Below are positions 25,701-38,323 of a stretch of 64,000 bases of DNA, piece after piece (the first letter of the stretch is position 1; each line of letters begins with the position of its first letter). Made by a program: the position numbers and the translations under genes. The notes beneath the pieces are model-generated. The model searched no databases, was not told where the DNA came from, and worked only from the letters and a program-made list of their open reading frames with translations. This stretch comes from Trichoplax sp. H2. Taxonomy: Eukaryota. The DNA is taken from positions 1 to 64,000 of the forward strand of contig NOWV01000163.1 of assembly GCA_003344405.1 (NCBI GenBank), read 5' to 3'.

Positions 25701-25934
25701 TTGAATTTTGTATTTTTACTTTTATTAAAACTAAAAAAGTTACTGTTTCCACCTTCTAAGTCATTTTACGCAGTAAATTCGAGACCCGAAGCAAATGATT
25801 CAAATTCTTTTCATAGTTTAAACTTTAATTTACTGGAAAAAATGAAAATTTGCATCATTAATACTTCAAGACACTTACATAGTCTAATTAAATGTCATTT
25901 TTCATCAGTGACATTCATTTTTACATAGTTACTC

Positions 25935-27082
25935 TCAAAACTGATAAGTTTTCTTTGCAAAGATCGCTTCTTTCCCTTTGTGTTTTTCAATTACACTTTT
26001 AAGTTGTACTTCGTTTGCTCCAACAACTTCGTCAACCTGTACAGATAAAATTTTAATACTGACAAGTAAGATTGATGACATGAAAGGTTATATTGATGCA
26101 ATCTTTTTATGTGAAATAGTTAAGGCTTTATGTCAAAGTACTCTTTATGAAATACCTTTTCTCCACATTTGTAAAACTGAAATGTTGGCATGGCACTGAT
26201 ATTGCAATCTTCGGATATATCCTAATTACGGAAAATAGATTATTAACGCTGATTATACTACTATAATTAAGTCAGTCCAATAGAAATTTGATCCAGTGGC
26301 GTAGATAAAACAGATTAAATTAAGAATTACTATTACGTCGATTGCCTTGAGAAGTTTAGCAATTTCGCCCGTAGTATAATAGCATATTTCGACAAGAAAA
26401 TGATTAATTAACACTGAATGATAAGTAAAGATTATAGGCTATCGCTCTGTTACCCTACGATAAATCTATTTAATGTCTAAAAATTCTATTATTACAGATG
26501 TAACTATCGATGCTTACACTATTTTGATCAACATTAACCTTCAAGAATATAACATTGCTATATATCGGGACGTTGCTCAGATTCTAAATATAGGTAAATT
26601 TAGTAGAAGATGAACAGATTGACACAAATCAAATCTGTTTAAAAATAAATTACTCATTGTTCGTAATATGAAATCATACCAATCTTCACCTCAAATTTTG
26701 GCCCTATCATACGGCATGGACCACACCAAACTGTATAAAAATCGATCACTACTAATTTACTTTTAGATAATTGAATGTAACCGACCAATTCCTCCTAATG
26801 AATTATTAAAAAGATATAATTAAGAACAACAAATTAGTTTTAAGGCGAAAACGATAACGATCCTTCTCGTAGCTATTTTAGATAGCATAAAGTGAAATCT
26901 GTTCCTTCTATTAATACGAGTAACAAGTAGCTATATTGTAGATTATAGCCCTAGAACGATTAAATTAATATCTTGTTACGTTTATTTGTCACTTATATAA
27001 TCTTAAACGACAAACTAAAAATATCAAGCAATGAATAAAACAAATGTAATCTTACCTTTGTTTCTATTGATTTTACGCCCAT
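25935..27082 (-). CDS. TXN: Thioredoxin, copy 2 (C-terminally extended)
   Basis: [121 protein letters not shown]. Confidence 0.9.
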
Positions 27083-29194
27083 TTTCACGATCGTTAACTT
27101 ACCAACTAATGCAGCATGAACTTTTCTTTAATCCTAGCCGTCAATATCTATAATTCAGATTGTGGCATACGCTATAGTGGATAAAAATTTAAATCTGGCC
27201 TCAATTAGCCGTAAAGCTACGATTTTAAAAAATTCGTACAAGATTGTTTTGTTTTTCCTTAAACAGAGATTTATTCTTCTATTTTAGTTTTTTTTATATT
27301 TCAATTACTTCCAATAAAACTAAACCTTAAAAGCGACCCCCTACCGACGATACTATTGTCGGTAGATAACGTGTCTTTCGTTCACTAAAGACTATATCGT
27401 GTATCTGAGTAAAGCCCCCTTCTTAACGTTCATTTTTGATGACATTGCTATGAAAACCTTATACTAGTTTATCAATCTTCTCCTTAATGATATAACTTTA
27501 ATGGCATATCTGTAACTTAATAATCAAGAATTTAGTCCTTCTGTTAAAATCTCGACTTTTTAATTAATGGATAGAATTATTTAAGAAATCCGCAGTTTAT
27601 ATTATTGGAGAAGTATTATGATGTCAAGCGGTGGATGCATTAGCCTTAAAGATACTCTACTACATCATAGATACATTAATGATTGCCATTAGCCATCGAT
27701 TTATCGTTTGCTCTACATCAGTCTCTTAAATCACTAATTTTACTAACTATCGGATACTATGTTTAACTGTGTCACAGTTATAAGCTAGGAAAGGATACTA
27801 ATCATTCCTTAGCTAGTCTTTCTATTAACTAAGTACTGCCTGCACACTAATGGCCAACAATACTTCTGAGATTTAATACATCGATTGTAATAATTAAAAT
27901 CCGAATTGTGGAAAAAACTACCATATCTCTTAAATTCTCAACAACATGCATGCTCATTTAAAAGCCATTTGCGGGGCTCTTCCAAATAAATAGGTTTCTA
28001 GTCACACAGTATGTCATTTAATCTTATCAGATTTTATCGATGAATTTATTTATCAAGCAAAGTTGACTGTTTCGCGTCTTACGAGGTTTTCCTTCATATT
28101 GCCTCAGAATCTCAAACATGCACCTACTGAATTACTCGTAAGGACTACAATCTATTAATAAGGTGCGTTTCTAAAATTGATTTTGATTAATAAATGGAGC
28201 AACTAATACAATTTGTCATCCATAAAATATGATAATAGTGCCCACGTTAATAATCAGTACGTATCAACAAGAATCTACAAATCTGTTATTAATTTAATAG
28301 AAATTAATAAACTAACTCCTATATCTTAATAACAAGCGAATCGTCACAGGTGGTATCCTTTAAGTCCATACAATAGAAGGCTCTGTAACGAAGCTGCGTA
28401 GATTTTCCTTAATTAAACGAAGTCCTTGACAATCGTTTTTACATGGCTTCTGTAGCCATAACTGGCAACTATTATTATTAAAGTACTACAGATTATCGCT
28501 TTAACGTGATGTTGTCATATAGAACTTACGAATATAATGATTGAAAGAGTGTCATTTTCCTAGAACATTGGATTTAATTATAATTATTGTACAGACCGTT
28601 TGTAGCTACAGCACTAAGCAGCACATTGTTCTCTCCTTTTCTGATTTAATAGTAACAGTAATAAACGGTAAATTGCTACCTTTAGTAGGTTGCCACTATT
28701 TCATTCAAAATTCATAACCAATTGGCTCTAGCAAGGAATACACTCTTCTTAACATAGCCTCTGAAGTAGCAATTTTTAAACTAAAGTTTCTTGCGGTATA
28801 TTATTTTTGGGACCTGATTTTTATACAAGTAACTGTTATGATTATATTTAGTGCTAGTAATGTGGATCTAGCCTAATAGCTTTCTGCTATTACCAAAAGT
28901 AAGGGCGCGTACAATACTATGGAATTAAAAGTTTAAAAATGATATTAAGAAATCATGCAATAATGCTTTAATATATGTTGCATAAGGGTTCAACAACGGC
29001 CTATCAGCTAAATTCGCAAGAAATCTTTCAAGTAACAAGTTTGTAAGCCAAGAAAATTTAGAAATAGTTTTATATTGTTTATTGTTATCTAAAGGCTATC
29101 GTCTATCGATTATATCAGCACATATTTAAGTATTACATTTTGTATCCCAAGTAATCAACCGCTGGAAGATTCCTTTCATGAGCTGATCTTCGAA

Positions 29195-30871
29195 TTACTG
29201 CAATAAAACATGAAAATTTGTATCGTTAAATACTTTAAGACACTAAAATAACCCTAACTAGTGCTTTTTTGCTACCATTTCAAATCAATATCATCTCATG
29301 TTTACGTATTAAAGTAACAGATAAGTTAATTTTATCTTATTTATATTTTTCACCTTATTGCTTTCAATCTTTTGTTTAAGCTTCTCTTCGCTAGCTCCTG
29401 TCAATTCGTCAATCTGTATGAGGAAATTTAAATGTAATAAATATCAGAATTACTGAGATGTTATTCTATCGGGTTAAAGCTATTACTAGTGATGCACCCA
29501 TACTTGATTATACGGATAGCTATATTTGATATACTTTGGTTACTTTGAATAGACATTATCGTGACGCTAATATTAGATGATTGCTGACTACTATATTAGA
29601 TATTGTTGATGACTAATAGTAGCCAGTTGACTAATTATGGTACCAGATTTATGTATCTAGAACACCGTAGTTGTTAAGATGCCCTTCGGAGAAAGGGCCT
29701 GGACGTAAATTGCAAAGTAGTGACATCTTAAGTAGAATAATTTAGATTGTAGAAAATAATGATGTACCATTACTGAAAAGTAATTTGTTTGATGACTCAT
29801 GTCTGATCGTAGATTAATCAAGTCATCATAAGTGGATTTAACGAAATTTTTATAAGAACTGCAGAGATGAGCTCAAGGAGAGAAAAAACTTCACTTCGGT
29901 TTGAGCTTGGAAAAATTTAGATTTTAGACTGGGTTCTTGTAGTAATTAATTATTGCTCTACTATTCCTAAAACTTGCAATAAGAGCCATTTAGAAAATAT
30001 CATTTAACAAAGGAAATTATCGTGAGACGCATTTATTACACTATGATGTACTCATTCTGCAAGAAAGTCTTTACTATGAGAGAGTAATTTTATAAAACCT
30101 TTTTTCCATTTTTGTAAAATTGAAAAGTTGGCATTGCACTGATTGCACAATCTTCGGAAACTTCCTATTTTAAGATATGATAATAGCTCAGCACTACTGA
30201 TTAAGTAGAATGATTAGACAAAATAACGTGACCAAAACAAACTAAAATAACCATTTCCTCGATATTGAGGGCTTGAGAAAATTTCACATTTGTACTGTAA
30301 CTATTAAAACTTACGGAGTTTTGATCCACGTCAACCTTCATAAATTTAACATCGCTAAATTGCTGACTCATTTCCTAGATAGGGTAAATTGGGCAAAAGA
30401 CCAGAAATTGTCATAAATCAAAGGCTTGTACTATTAATGCTAAGTCATTATACAGAAAATGAAATTATTACTAATATTTACCTCAAACTTTGGACTTATC
30501 ATACGACATGGACCACACCAAGTGGCATAAAAGTCAATCACCACTAAAGTACTTCCAAATTTTGTAATTGCTTCATCAAATTCATCCTAGTAAGCCATTA
30601 AAATGATATGATTAGGACAATAAATTAACTTTAAGACAGCAACGATAGTTGTATGTAAGGAAATTTTTACAAGTAGCGAAAAAATCAATTTTTTTTCTGG
30701 ATATGAATAATTTCTAGATGAATTTGTGGATTATAGCTAAGATACAATTAAAATATAGCAGTATATATATATTTATTCCTCACTAATACAATTTTAAACG
30801 ATAATTCAAAATACTAAAAAGAAAAGCCAAAAATGTAACTTTACCTTAGTCAGTAAAGGTTGTACGCCCAT
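29195..30871 (-). CDS. TXN: Thioredoxin, copy 3 (stop codon probably at the start of a sixth exon)
   Basis: [106 protein letters not shown]|gtg…ttgcag|TAA (29197-29195). Confidence 0.92.
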
Positions 30872-30897
30872 CTTGTCGATCGTTGAATAATTTGCTA

Positions 30898-31040
30898 ATG
30901 CTGTACTAGTAATACAAAGTAAATTTACTCTTACTTAGTCCTAGATTTTATAATACAGTATGAATTATGATGCTGTACTAGTAATACAAAGTAAATTTAC
31001 TCTTACTTAATCCTAGATTTTATAATACAGTATGAATTAT
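30898..31040. repeat. 72-bp tandem duplication just upstream of thioredoxin 3
   Basis: atgctgtactagtaatacaaagtaaatttactcttactta…tgaattat occurs at 30898 and 30970. Confidence 0.95.
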
Positions 31041-33202
31041 ATCTATTGATTAGCTACCGCTAAACCTACTTAGCAGTCGGTAGTATTTTAGAAACTTATA
31101 TGAAACAATCTTATTATTAGTTATGAATAAAACGTTGATCCTTTTATTGGTTTGTTTTATTTTTTATTTAAATTACTTCTTCACATGAAACCAGAATATG
31201 AAAGACCTCCACTCTCGTACTGATGACATTGTATAAAGTTGCATTGTGTTTTATTTCCTCTAGAGACGGTATCGAAAGGTCATGAAAAGGCCTCTTTTCG
31301 GCATTCTCTTTTGACAACAGTAATATGACGGCCTAAGGCTACTTTATCGCTTTCCTACCGTCTGGTATGACCTCAAAAGTACAAATGGGACATGGGACTT
31401 GTCGAAATAGTAATTTCTTCTTCAATAATAATCGAGAGCATTACATGCAAATAAAATTTGAAAAATCCATGGTTTACATTGTTAGAGAAATTGATGGAGT
31501 AGCTTGGACAGTAAGATCCGCAAAAAGATGCTCTTACTTTATTGAATTGTAGATGACTACTGCCGTGTTCTAATGAACTATACGGTGTTTAATAAATTTT
31601 AAATCACCTATCTTCTCATTTTTACTGATGCTTAAAATTATTCTATTACGATTATACACAAAGCTACCATTTTAATAGTATTATAGTTTTGAAATTAATC
31701 ATCAATTTGTCAGAATTGGTCAAGATAATCATATTTGATAGTGAATTAAAATGATAGTGTATAACGCTATGCAACGCAATATACGATATTACCATTTTAG
31801 TTAACTACGGTACTAAATATTCTGGAAGTAGCTACTGTAGGGACGATGCCACCAATATGGATATATCTAAATGTCTATTAATTATAATTGTTTATCGTCA
31901 GTACGTCACAACGGTTGACTAGTGCGCCGTATTAGAGATACTGCTAACATATAAAAAGGAAGGATAGAATTATCTGCTAAATTGTTTGCCTAGAACTACT
32001 ATAGCTGATCAATTTTACTATCGATCGGTGAATGTTCTCATAAATCATGTTTACAGTGGCCTTACCTTGCCTTAATATAATCTACTGGGTTTTAGTAAGA
32101 GTCTCAACGGAGCCTCTGGAATGTTGCGATATGAAAGATAAATAATTGCTTCCTAGACAGAATATTGTAGCATGAAATATAAGTAATTGATTTCGCGATC
32201 ATGGCCGCAGTCAGCTTGATTGAATGTAATTTTTTAATATAGATCTACATTAGAGTTAGTGTGTTGATGCAGCAATTTAAAGATTATAGTTGGATTAATT
32301 TTCAGAGCTTGACAGATAATGCGTTCGTTATATGCTTGTGTGTTCAAGCAAGGTACCTCGTCGATTTTTCCAAAGTTATCGAAAAAAAGTGAAAGAAGCA
32401 CAATTCTTCCGTTAGTAAATTATTTATTCTAATTAGAGCTTAAAGGACTACAATAGTCTCGTCAAACCGTATATAGGATTTACTGTTCAATATGCGGGAA
32501 GCTATATTTTGCACTAGCTTTGCGTAAGCTTGCGATTAAAGAGATTAATTATTCTCGAATGCCATTTAATTTTCGCTTAAAAGTAAAATTAATCAAGGGC
32601 TATGCATTTGCAGTAATCCTAAATAGAAATGAGGAGATTTTAATAAAATTTAGGCGATGTGCGTAATGAACTACTATATCAAAGAATTAGCGAAGAAAGC
32701 GTTAGTTCACAACAGGTACTGTACTGTTATGACATTGACTAAACATATCTACTGCAGAATAGAACTGAACCAGTCTTTTAACCGAAGAAATTTTTGTTCG
32801 AATGTTCTGAATGGTAATTAGTGACTGTATTCTTTTCTTAATCAAATATATAGACTATATTCCTGCCGACGACCGAAGCCAACACAAGGGGAATATTGAT
32901 CATGATTCAATAAAAGAGATTCGCTTTCAAGTTGGGTAGACTAGCACAGTTACTTTAATGATGCGGTAGGACGGATATTAAAGAAACATTTCACATACGA
33001 ATCTACAAATTTTATTTATGCGAGCATAAAGTATCAAGAGTAGACAATACAATAATCAATTGCAAGTAAGAATTTAATGTTAATGGATGGTATTTATAAC
33101 AATATCCATAATAGAGTAAACAATTTTAGATATGCCATGATTACTATCACTCATGAAGAGGTTATTATTTATGTCGTATAGTTGTGCTTCTTTGCGTAGT
33201 AT

Positions 33203-33863
33203 ACTATTTTAGTCTAGGTAAATGAATCTGAGAATGATTCCTCTATCAGTCTACACCTTAATTTACTGACAGTAAAATTAATGAAATTTTGTACTGTTGA
33301 ATACTTGTAGACATATACCTCACCGACCGAGGATAATTACTGTAATTCCGTATTAAATCATGTCANNNNNNNNNNNNNNNNNNNNAATATTCACAAGTGT
33401 ACCATCGGCGAGACTATAAAAAGCGGAGCACTAGCTTAGCTTCTCAGTTCCAGTTAGTCATTTGCAGGATCTTGTGACTATTATTGCTAAGAATATTCTT
33501 ACGTTTTTCTTTAGTACATTTTACGACTAATGTTAACGAAAATAAAGTAAAGTATTTAAACCTATTACTCAATAGTAGTTTTTGTGTAGCTGAGAGTTAG
33601 TTCAACTACGATAGGTCCCTAAGTTAGTTGGGAACACAAGTACTAGTGAAGATAGTGTTTAAGACCCGGTTTCTTGTTACAAAGAAGAAGATTTGCAACA
33701 ACTATTTTAGTCTAGGTAAATGAATCTGAGAATGATTCCTCTATCAGTCTACACCTTAATTTACTGACAGTAAAATTAATGAAATTTTATACTGTTGAAT
33801 ACTTGTAGACATATACCTCACCGACCGAAGATAATTACTGTAATTCCGTATTAAATCATGTCA
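33203..33863. repeat. ~163-bp direct repeat on either side of a 20-N assembly gap (33366-33385)
   Basis: 33203-33365 is nearly identical to 33701-33863, and the first copy ends exactly at the Ns. Confidence 0.9.
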
Positions 33864-33910
33864 TGCTATGCTACTCATACACACGGATAAAGTAACTAGG
33901 CCCAATCTCT

Positions 33911-35099
33911 TTACTTCCAGTAGTTAAGTTTAGCAATAAGTTTTTCTTCACTAGCTTCAATTAGTCGATCAATCTACCACGGTAAAATTTTAATGCAGAT
34001 AAACATTATAAATGATTATGTTCTATCATGTCACGAGTATAAAAAATACCTATTATACAATTTTTACTGTGAAATGTTATTGTAATGAGTGATAAATTCT
34101 GTAATACCTTCGCGCCATATTTTAAAATTGGAATACTGGCAAAGCTCCGATATTGTAAGCTTCAGCAGTAGCCTATTTTAAAGAAATATAGATCAGCATC
34201 GTCGGTCAAGTGAAGAGTTAAAAGGTAATTGGATGGGACATTGTAGTTTAAATAGAAGATGATTTTTTTGACATTAACTGTATTAACTCAAAATTTTACA
34301 TAACATTTTGACCTTAATGCAATCGACATTCAGTATAAAAAAACTTAGTGCCTCTTAATGACGTAAAAAGAATATGCTTGATCCTTCATCCGCTGTAGGA
34401 TAGCTATTCGAAGTCCGGAAATTTTATTATTACGGTACAACAAGCCATACTTATGCTATTCTGGTCAACATTAACTTTTAGAAATACAACATTGCTGTCT
34501 GTGGATTTTTGACTCAGCGCCTAACATAGACAAATTCGACAATAGATAAAGAAACTATTACAAATCAAGTCTCTACTAAACAGCATAACTTATGCAATCA
34601 TTGATTGTCCTTCAAATGAAATTTACACTCATCTTTTACCGTAAACTTTTGGCCTATCAGACGGCATGGACCTCACCATCGGTGTAAAAGTTGACGACAA
34701 CTAACTTACTACCAGTTGATGCAATTTTATTATCAAAAGCGTGCTAGACGGCAATGAAATAGATACATTTAAAGACAGAATAACCAATTTATTTTATTTT
34801 ATGACGATAGCGATTAAGGTACATCCCACAGAATTTTACTTCAAAAGCTAAATTCTACGTATATATGAGTATACTTGCATACATACTGCGTTATCAATCC
34901 TTTTCTTGATACCATTATGATATCCTAAGTTATAGCCTATATACTGTACAACTCTAGAAAAACTGTACTATTCTGTATCTTTTTTCTCCCCTAGTAAATC
35001 TTAGACGTCAATCAGAAATATTATAAAGGAAAAATGTAGAAATTAAATAAAAAAACGAAATCTCACCTTGCTATCCACAGCCGTAACTGCCCTTTCCAT
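33911..35099 (-). pseudogene. Thioredoxin pseudogene, copy 4
   Basis: MERAVTAVDSK|HAFDNKIASTGSKLVVVNFYTD is followed by a 1-nt deletion and TGG TGA GGT CCA TGC (W*GPC). The exon-3 donor is mutated to ATAAGT, exon 4 has another 1-nt deletion, and the last exon reads IDRLIEASEEKLIAKLNYWK*. Confidence 0.9.
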
Positions 35100-36818
35100 C
35101 GTGTACATCGTGAAACCACAATATGGAAAGAAAAATATTAATGAAATGAAGAAATACAATTTCGCCATACCAGCCATAGTTTGACAACTATCTTAATCAC
35201 TAACGAAACAGTTACGGTAATTTGATAAAGCAATCTCAGATTAGCTCCGAGTTATACTTTCAAAATACACATCAGGGTCAAAAATTGATTGTTTGATCGG
35301 TATTTATTTTCCTTTTAAATTGCCTCTCCTATGGGTTATGACAAATCTTCTTGTACTCCTCCTCACTGCCCTCCGTCATGGCAAGGTTGAGGTGTTTTTG
35401 TCTTCTCATTCTTAATTAATGGTCTGCTAGTTGTCTATGAGAATTCCTTTGACATCGTTACCACAACATCTACAAGCTACTTTATCTTATTATTCTTAGA
35501 AACTGCATGAAAATAAAGCTAAGACTAGACTCGAGAATTGTTTTCAGCAATTGCTCTCTCTTAATTTTATAATTGAGGAAATTCTTAGGAACAATTCCTC
35601 TTTCTATCAATTCTGTTATATCCGTATGTACTGGCTGTCTTAAAGTTATCGAAGTTAGAAATCAAATGCTGTTCGAAATTCTTCTTCAGCCAGTAATTAG
35701 AATTAATCGATGTCCAGCAATTATAAAATTACAAATTCTTAGACTTAAACACTAAATATCGTTCTTCAAGTGGTTGATTTTCAATCACACTTTAATGCAG
35801 AAATTTACCGATTGCAACTTGCAACCATGTCTGCAATGGTAAGAAATAGTCTGTGGGGTACCCGGAGTTGACCGGTAATGAAGGTACCCATTGGCAGGGT
35901 TGATGATGGAAAAATATTTGAAATTATACTTCAAAAGCACTCTTGAAAACCTCACTTGCTTTCTCTGCTAGTAAAATTAGCTGTCATAGTAATAGGACGA
36001 CAGCGTTAGTAGTCAGTTATAGGATAGGCCTTCCTTTACTGAATGCTTAATGTAAGTACAGGTGTGCCAATACAACTGAGTATCAAGGTGGTTACGTTTA
36101 CTTGTATACCTTTACTTGTGAGGCTTGCCTATCTTATCGAAACAAGACAGTATGATTTTATTTATACGCTATCTACAAATCCAATGCCAATTATCCACTT
36201 AGTCTAAGATATTACAAATAGGCGAATAATTGAACCGAAGAGTAATACAGTCATGATACTTACATGACAGTCTTGTTTCTCAAATCTAATCTTTTTACCG
36301 GTTAATATCACTCCTAAAATGACATAACTAGATGGTAAGCATAAGATAATTCAAATCTATGATAGGATAGAAAAGACAGTGCTACCCTTTACAATGTGAT
36401 GAATTAGAAGAATTTTAGCGTTAGTTTGGGCGCGTTGTTTTCGCCCGGCAAATGGAGTAATTTAGGGGAAAATTTAGGTTTAGACTCATTTCGGCAACGC
36501 GGTAGAGTTCATGCATGCGATCTGGACATCGACGCGTATATGATATACGTATAAGTAGTGAAGCTTTTCTATTTACAGTACGGTCTATCCGATCCGAATG
36601 GTCATACTGGATGGGAATCTTCATTGTACGTACGGTTAAGGAGTATCCTGAACGCTTTACGCTATGGACTTTTGAAATTAAATTATTTAAATGGATATTT
36701 TAATAGTCCATGTCTATGCGCCTATGTGAAACGCTATCGCTCATTTTAAGCTAGCTGCTGACCCTTATTCATAGTGATCATGAATCTATACAAGAAGTCA
36801 TTCAGTGCCTAATTGCGG

Positions 36819-38003
36819 TCAATTTCAATAGTAATTCAAGAAAGAACCTGGATTGATGTACTTTAATATGGACAACATTCGCGGATGATTTGAACATGAC
36901 ATATGAAATTAGAGCGACAGTATTTGGCAAAAATGGACAGCACCGTATTTAGTAGTCCATGACATTATACTATACTGTATAGTACATTACGATGTGTTAT
37001 TTTCCTTTGCAACTTTTGGATGGCAAAACACATCGTAATTATTGTGCGTATACGCAAATTATTGCTATGTGCTTCGACTGTTGGATCTTCCATGGACATT
37101 GGACGGTCGAAGTCAAGTTGAATTCTATCAACTTGTACAGTATACTGTACAGGAAAGCGTGATCAAATGTAAAGCCCTGAATCCCTTGCCCTACTGTCGA
37201 CGGTGGGAATGGAGGCGGAAAGGTCCTGTGGGGTGGATTGGTTGTCGATCTGGGTTAGTGCCCAATCCATTCCATCGCTGTCAATTTCAATCGTAATTCA
37301 AGAAAGAACCTGGATTGATGTACTTTAATATGGACAAGATTCGCGGATGATTTGAACATGACATATGAAATTAGAGCGACAGTATTTGGCAAAAATGGAC
37401 AGCACCGTATTTAGTAGTCCATGACATTATACTGCACTGTATAGTACTATACTGTACTTCGTGATCAATTTGGGGGCAAATTAGAGATAGTAACTGCTAG
37501 CTGTTTTAGGTTCAATTTGGATCAAGGTTTAACCCTGTTTAAATCCAAGCCTATCAGTTGAAGCCTTGAAGGGATAATTATCGACAAGTTAAGAGGTGTG
37601 AACTGTAGTATCTTTTACTTATAGTTAAATACAGTACTGTACATGACGATGTGTTATTTTCCTTTGCAACTTTTGGATGGCAAAGCACATCGTAATTATT
37701 ATTACATTAAATGCAAAATTTAAAGAAGGGTATATCATTAATTTTCCCTATAATTTATTACTTTGTGCTTCGACTTTTCTTCCATGGACATTGGACGGTC
37801 GAAGTCAAGTTGAATTGTATCAACTTGTACAGTATACAGTACAGCGTGATCGAATGTACTGTGCACTGTACACTGTAGAGTACAGTGTACAGTACTGAAT
37901 CCTTGCCATACTGTACACTGTAGACAGTAGGAATGGAGGCGGAAAGGTCTTGTGGGTGGATTGGTGGTCGATCTGGGTTAGTGCCCAATCCATTCCATCG
38001 CTG
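36819..38003. repeat. Tandem duplication upstream of YIPF5: a shortened copy (36819-37280) followed by a full copy (37281-38003)
   Basis: Shared blocks tcaatttcaat…ccatgacattatact, gatgtgttattttcctttgc…, ttccatggacattggacggtcg… and ggaatggaggcggaaaggtc…ccattccatcgctg occur in the same order in both copies. Confidence 0.9.
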
Positions 38004-38323
38004 CCATACTGTAAGCACTTGAAAGGGAGGAAAACCGCTGTTGATATGGGTTCGATGCCTTGGTCTTTCGTTGTACTGTGCCAACGGTCGTTGACTTCTT
38101 CCTTTCCTCGCTCACCGACTTCTGTACTCAAGCTGGAGTAGAAGCCATCGCATAAGTCCTCGCTGAACCACCATTAGCAAACTTGGAGGGGCAATTGCCC
38201 ATTAATGTGATTGGATTAAGGTGCAACAGAAGAAGGCAAATTGAGCTAAGTTGATAACTATCTTGCATTAGTAGAAAAGAAGCGACCGGCGGTGCAGTAA
38301 AAAGCAAGGAGATCAAGAGAGCG

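Noticed and set aside
27341-27365. Palindrome ctaccgacgata-c-tattgtcggtag upstream of thioredoxin 2
   Set aside because: Single occurrence, not conserved in the other thioredoxin promoters, and no supporting context.
33203-33863. LTR-like direct repeats
   Set aside because: One copy ends exactly at the assembly gap, and there is no internal coding sequence or TG…CA ends; most likely an unmerged contig overlap or haplotype.
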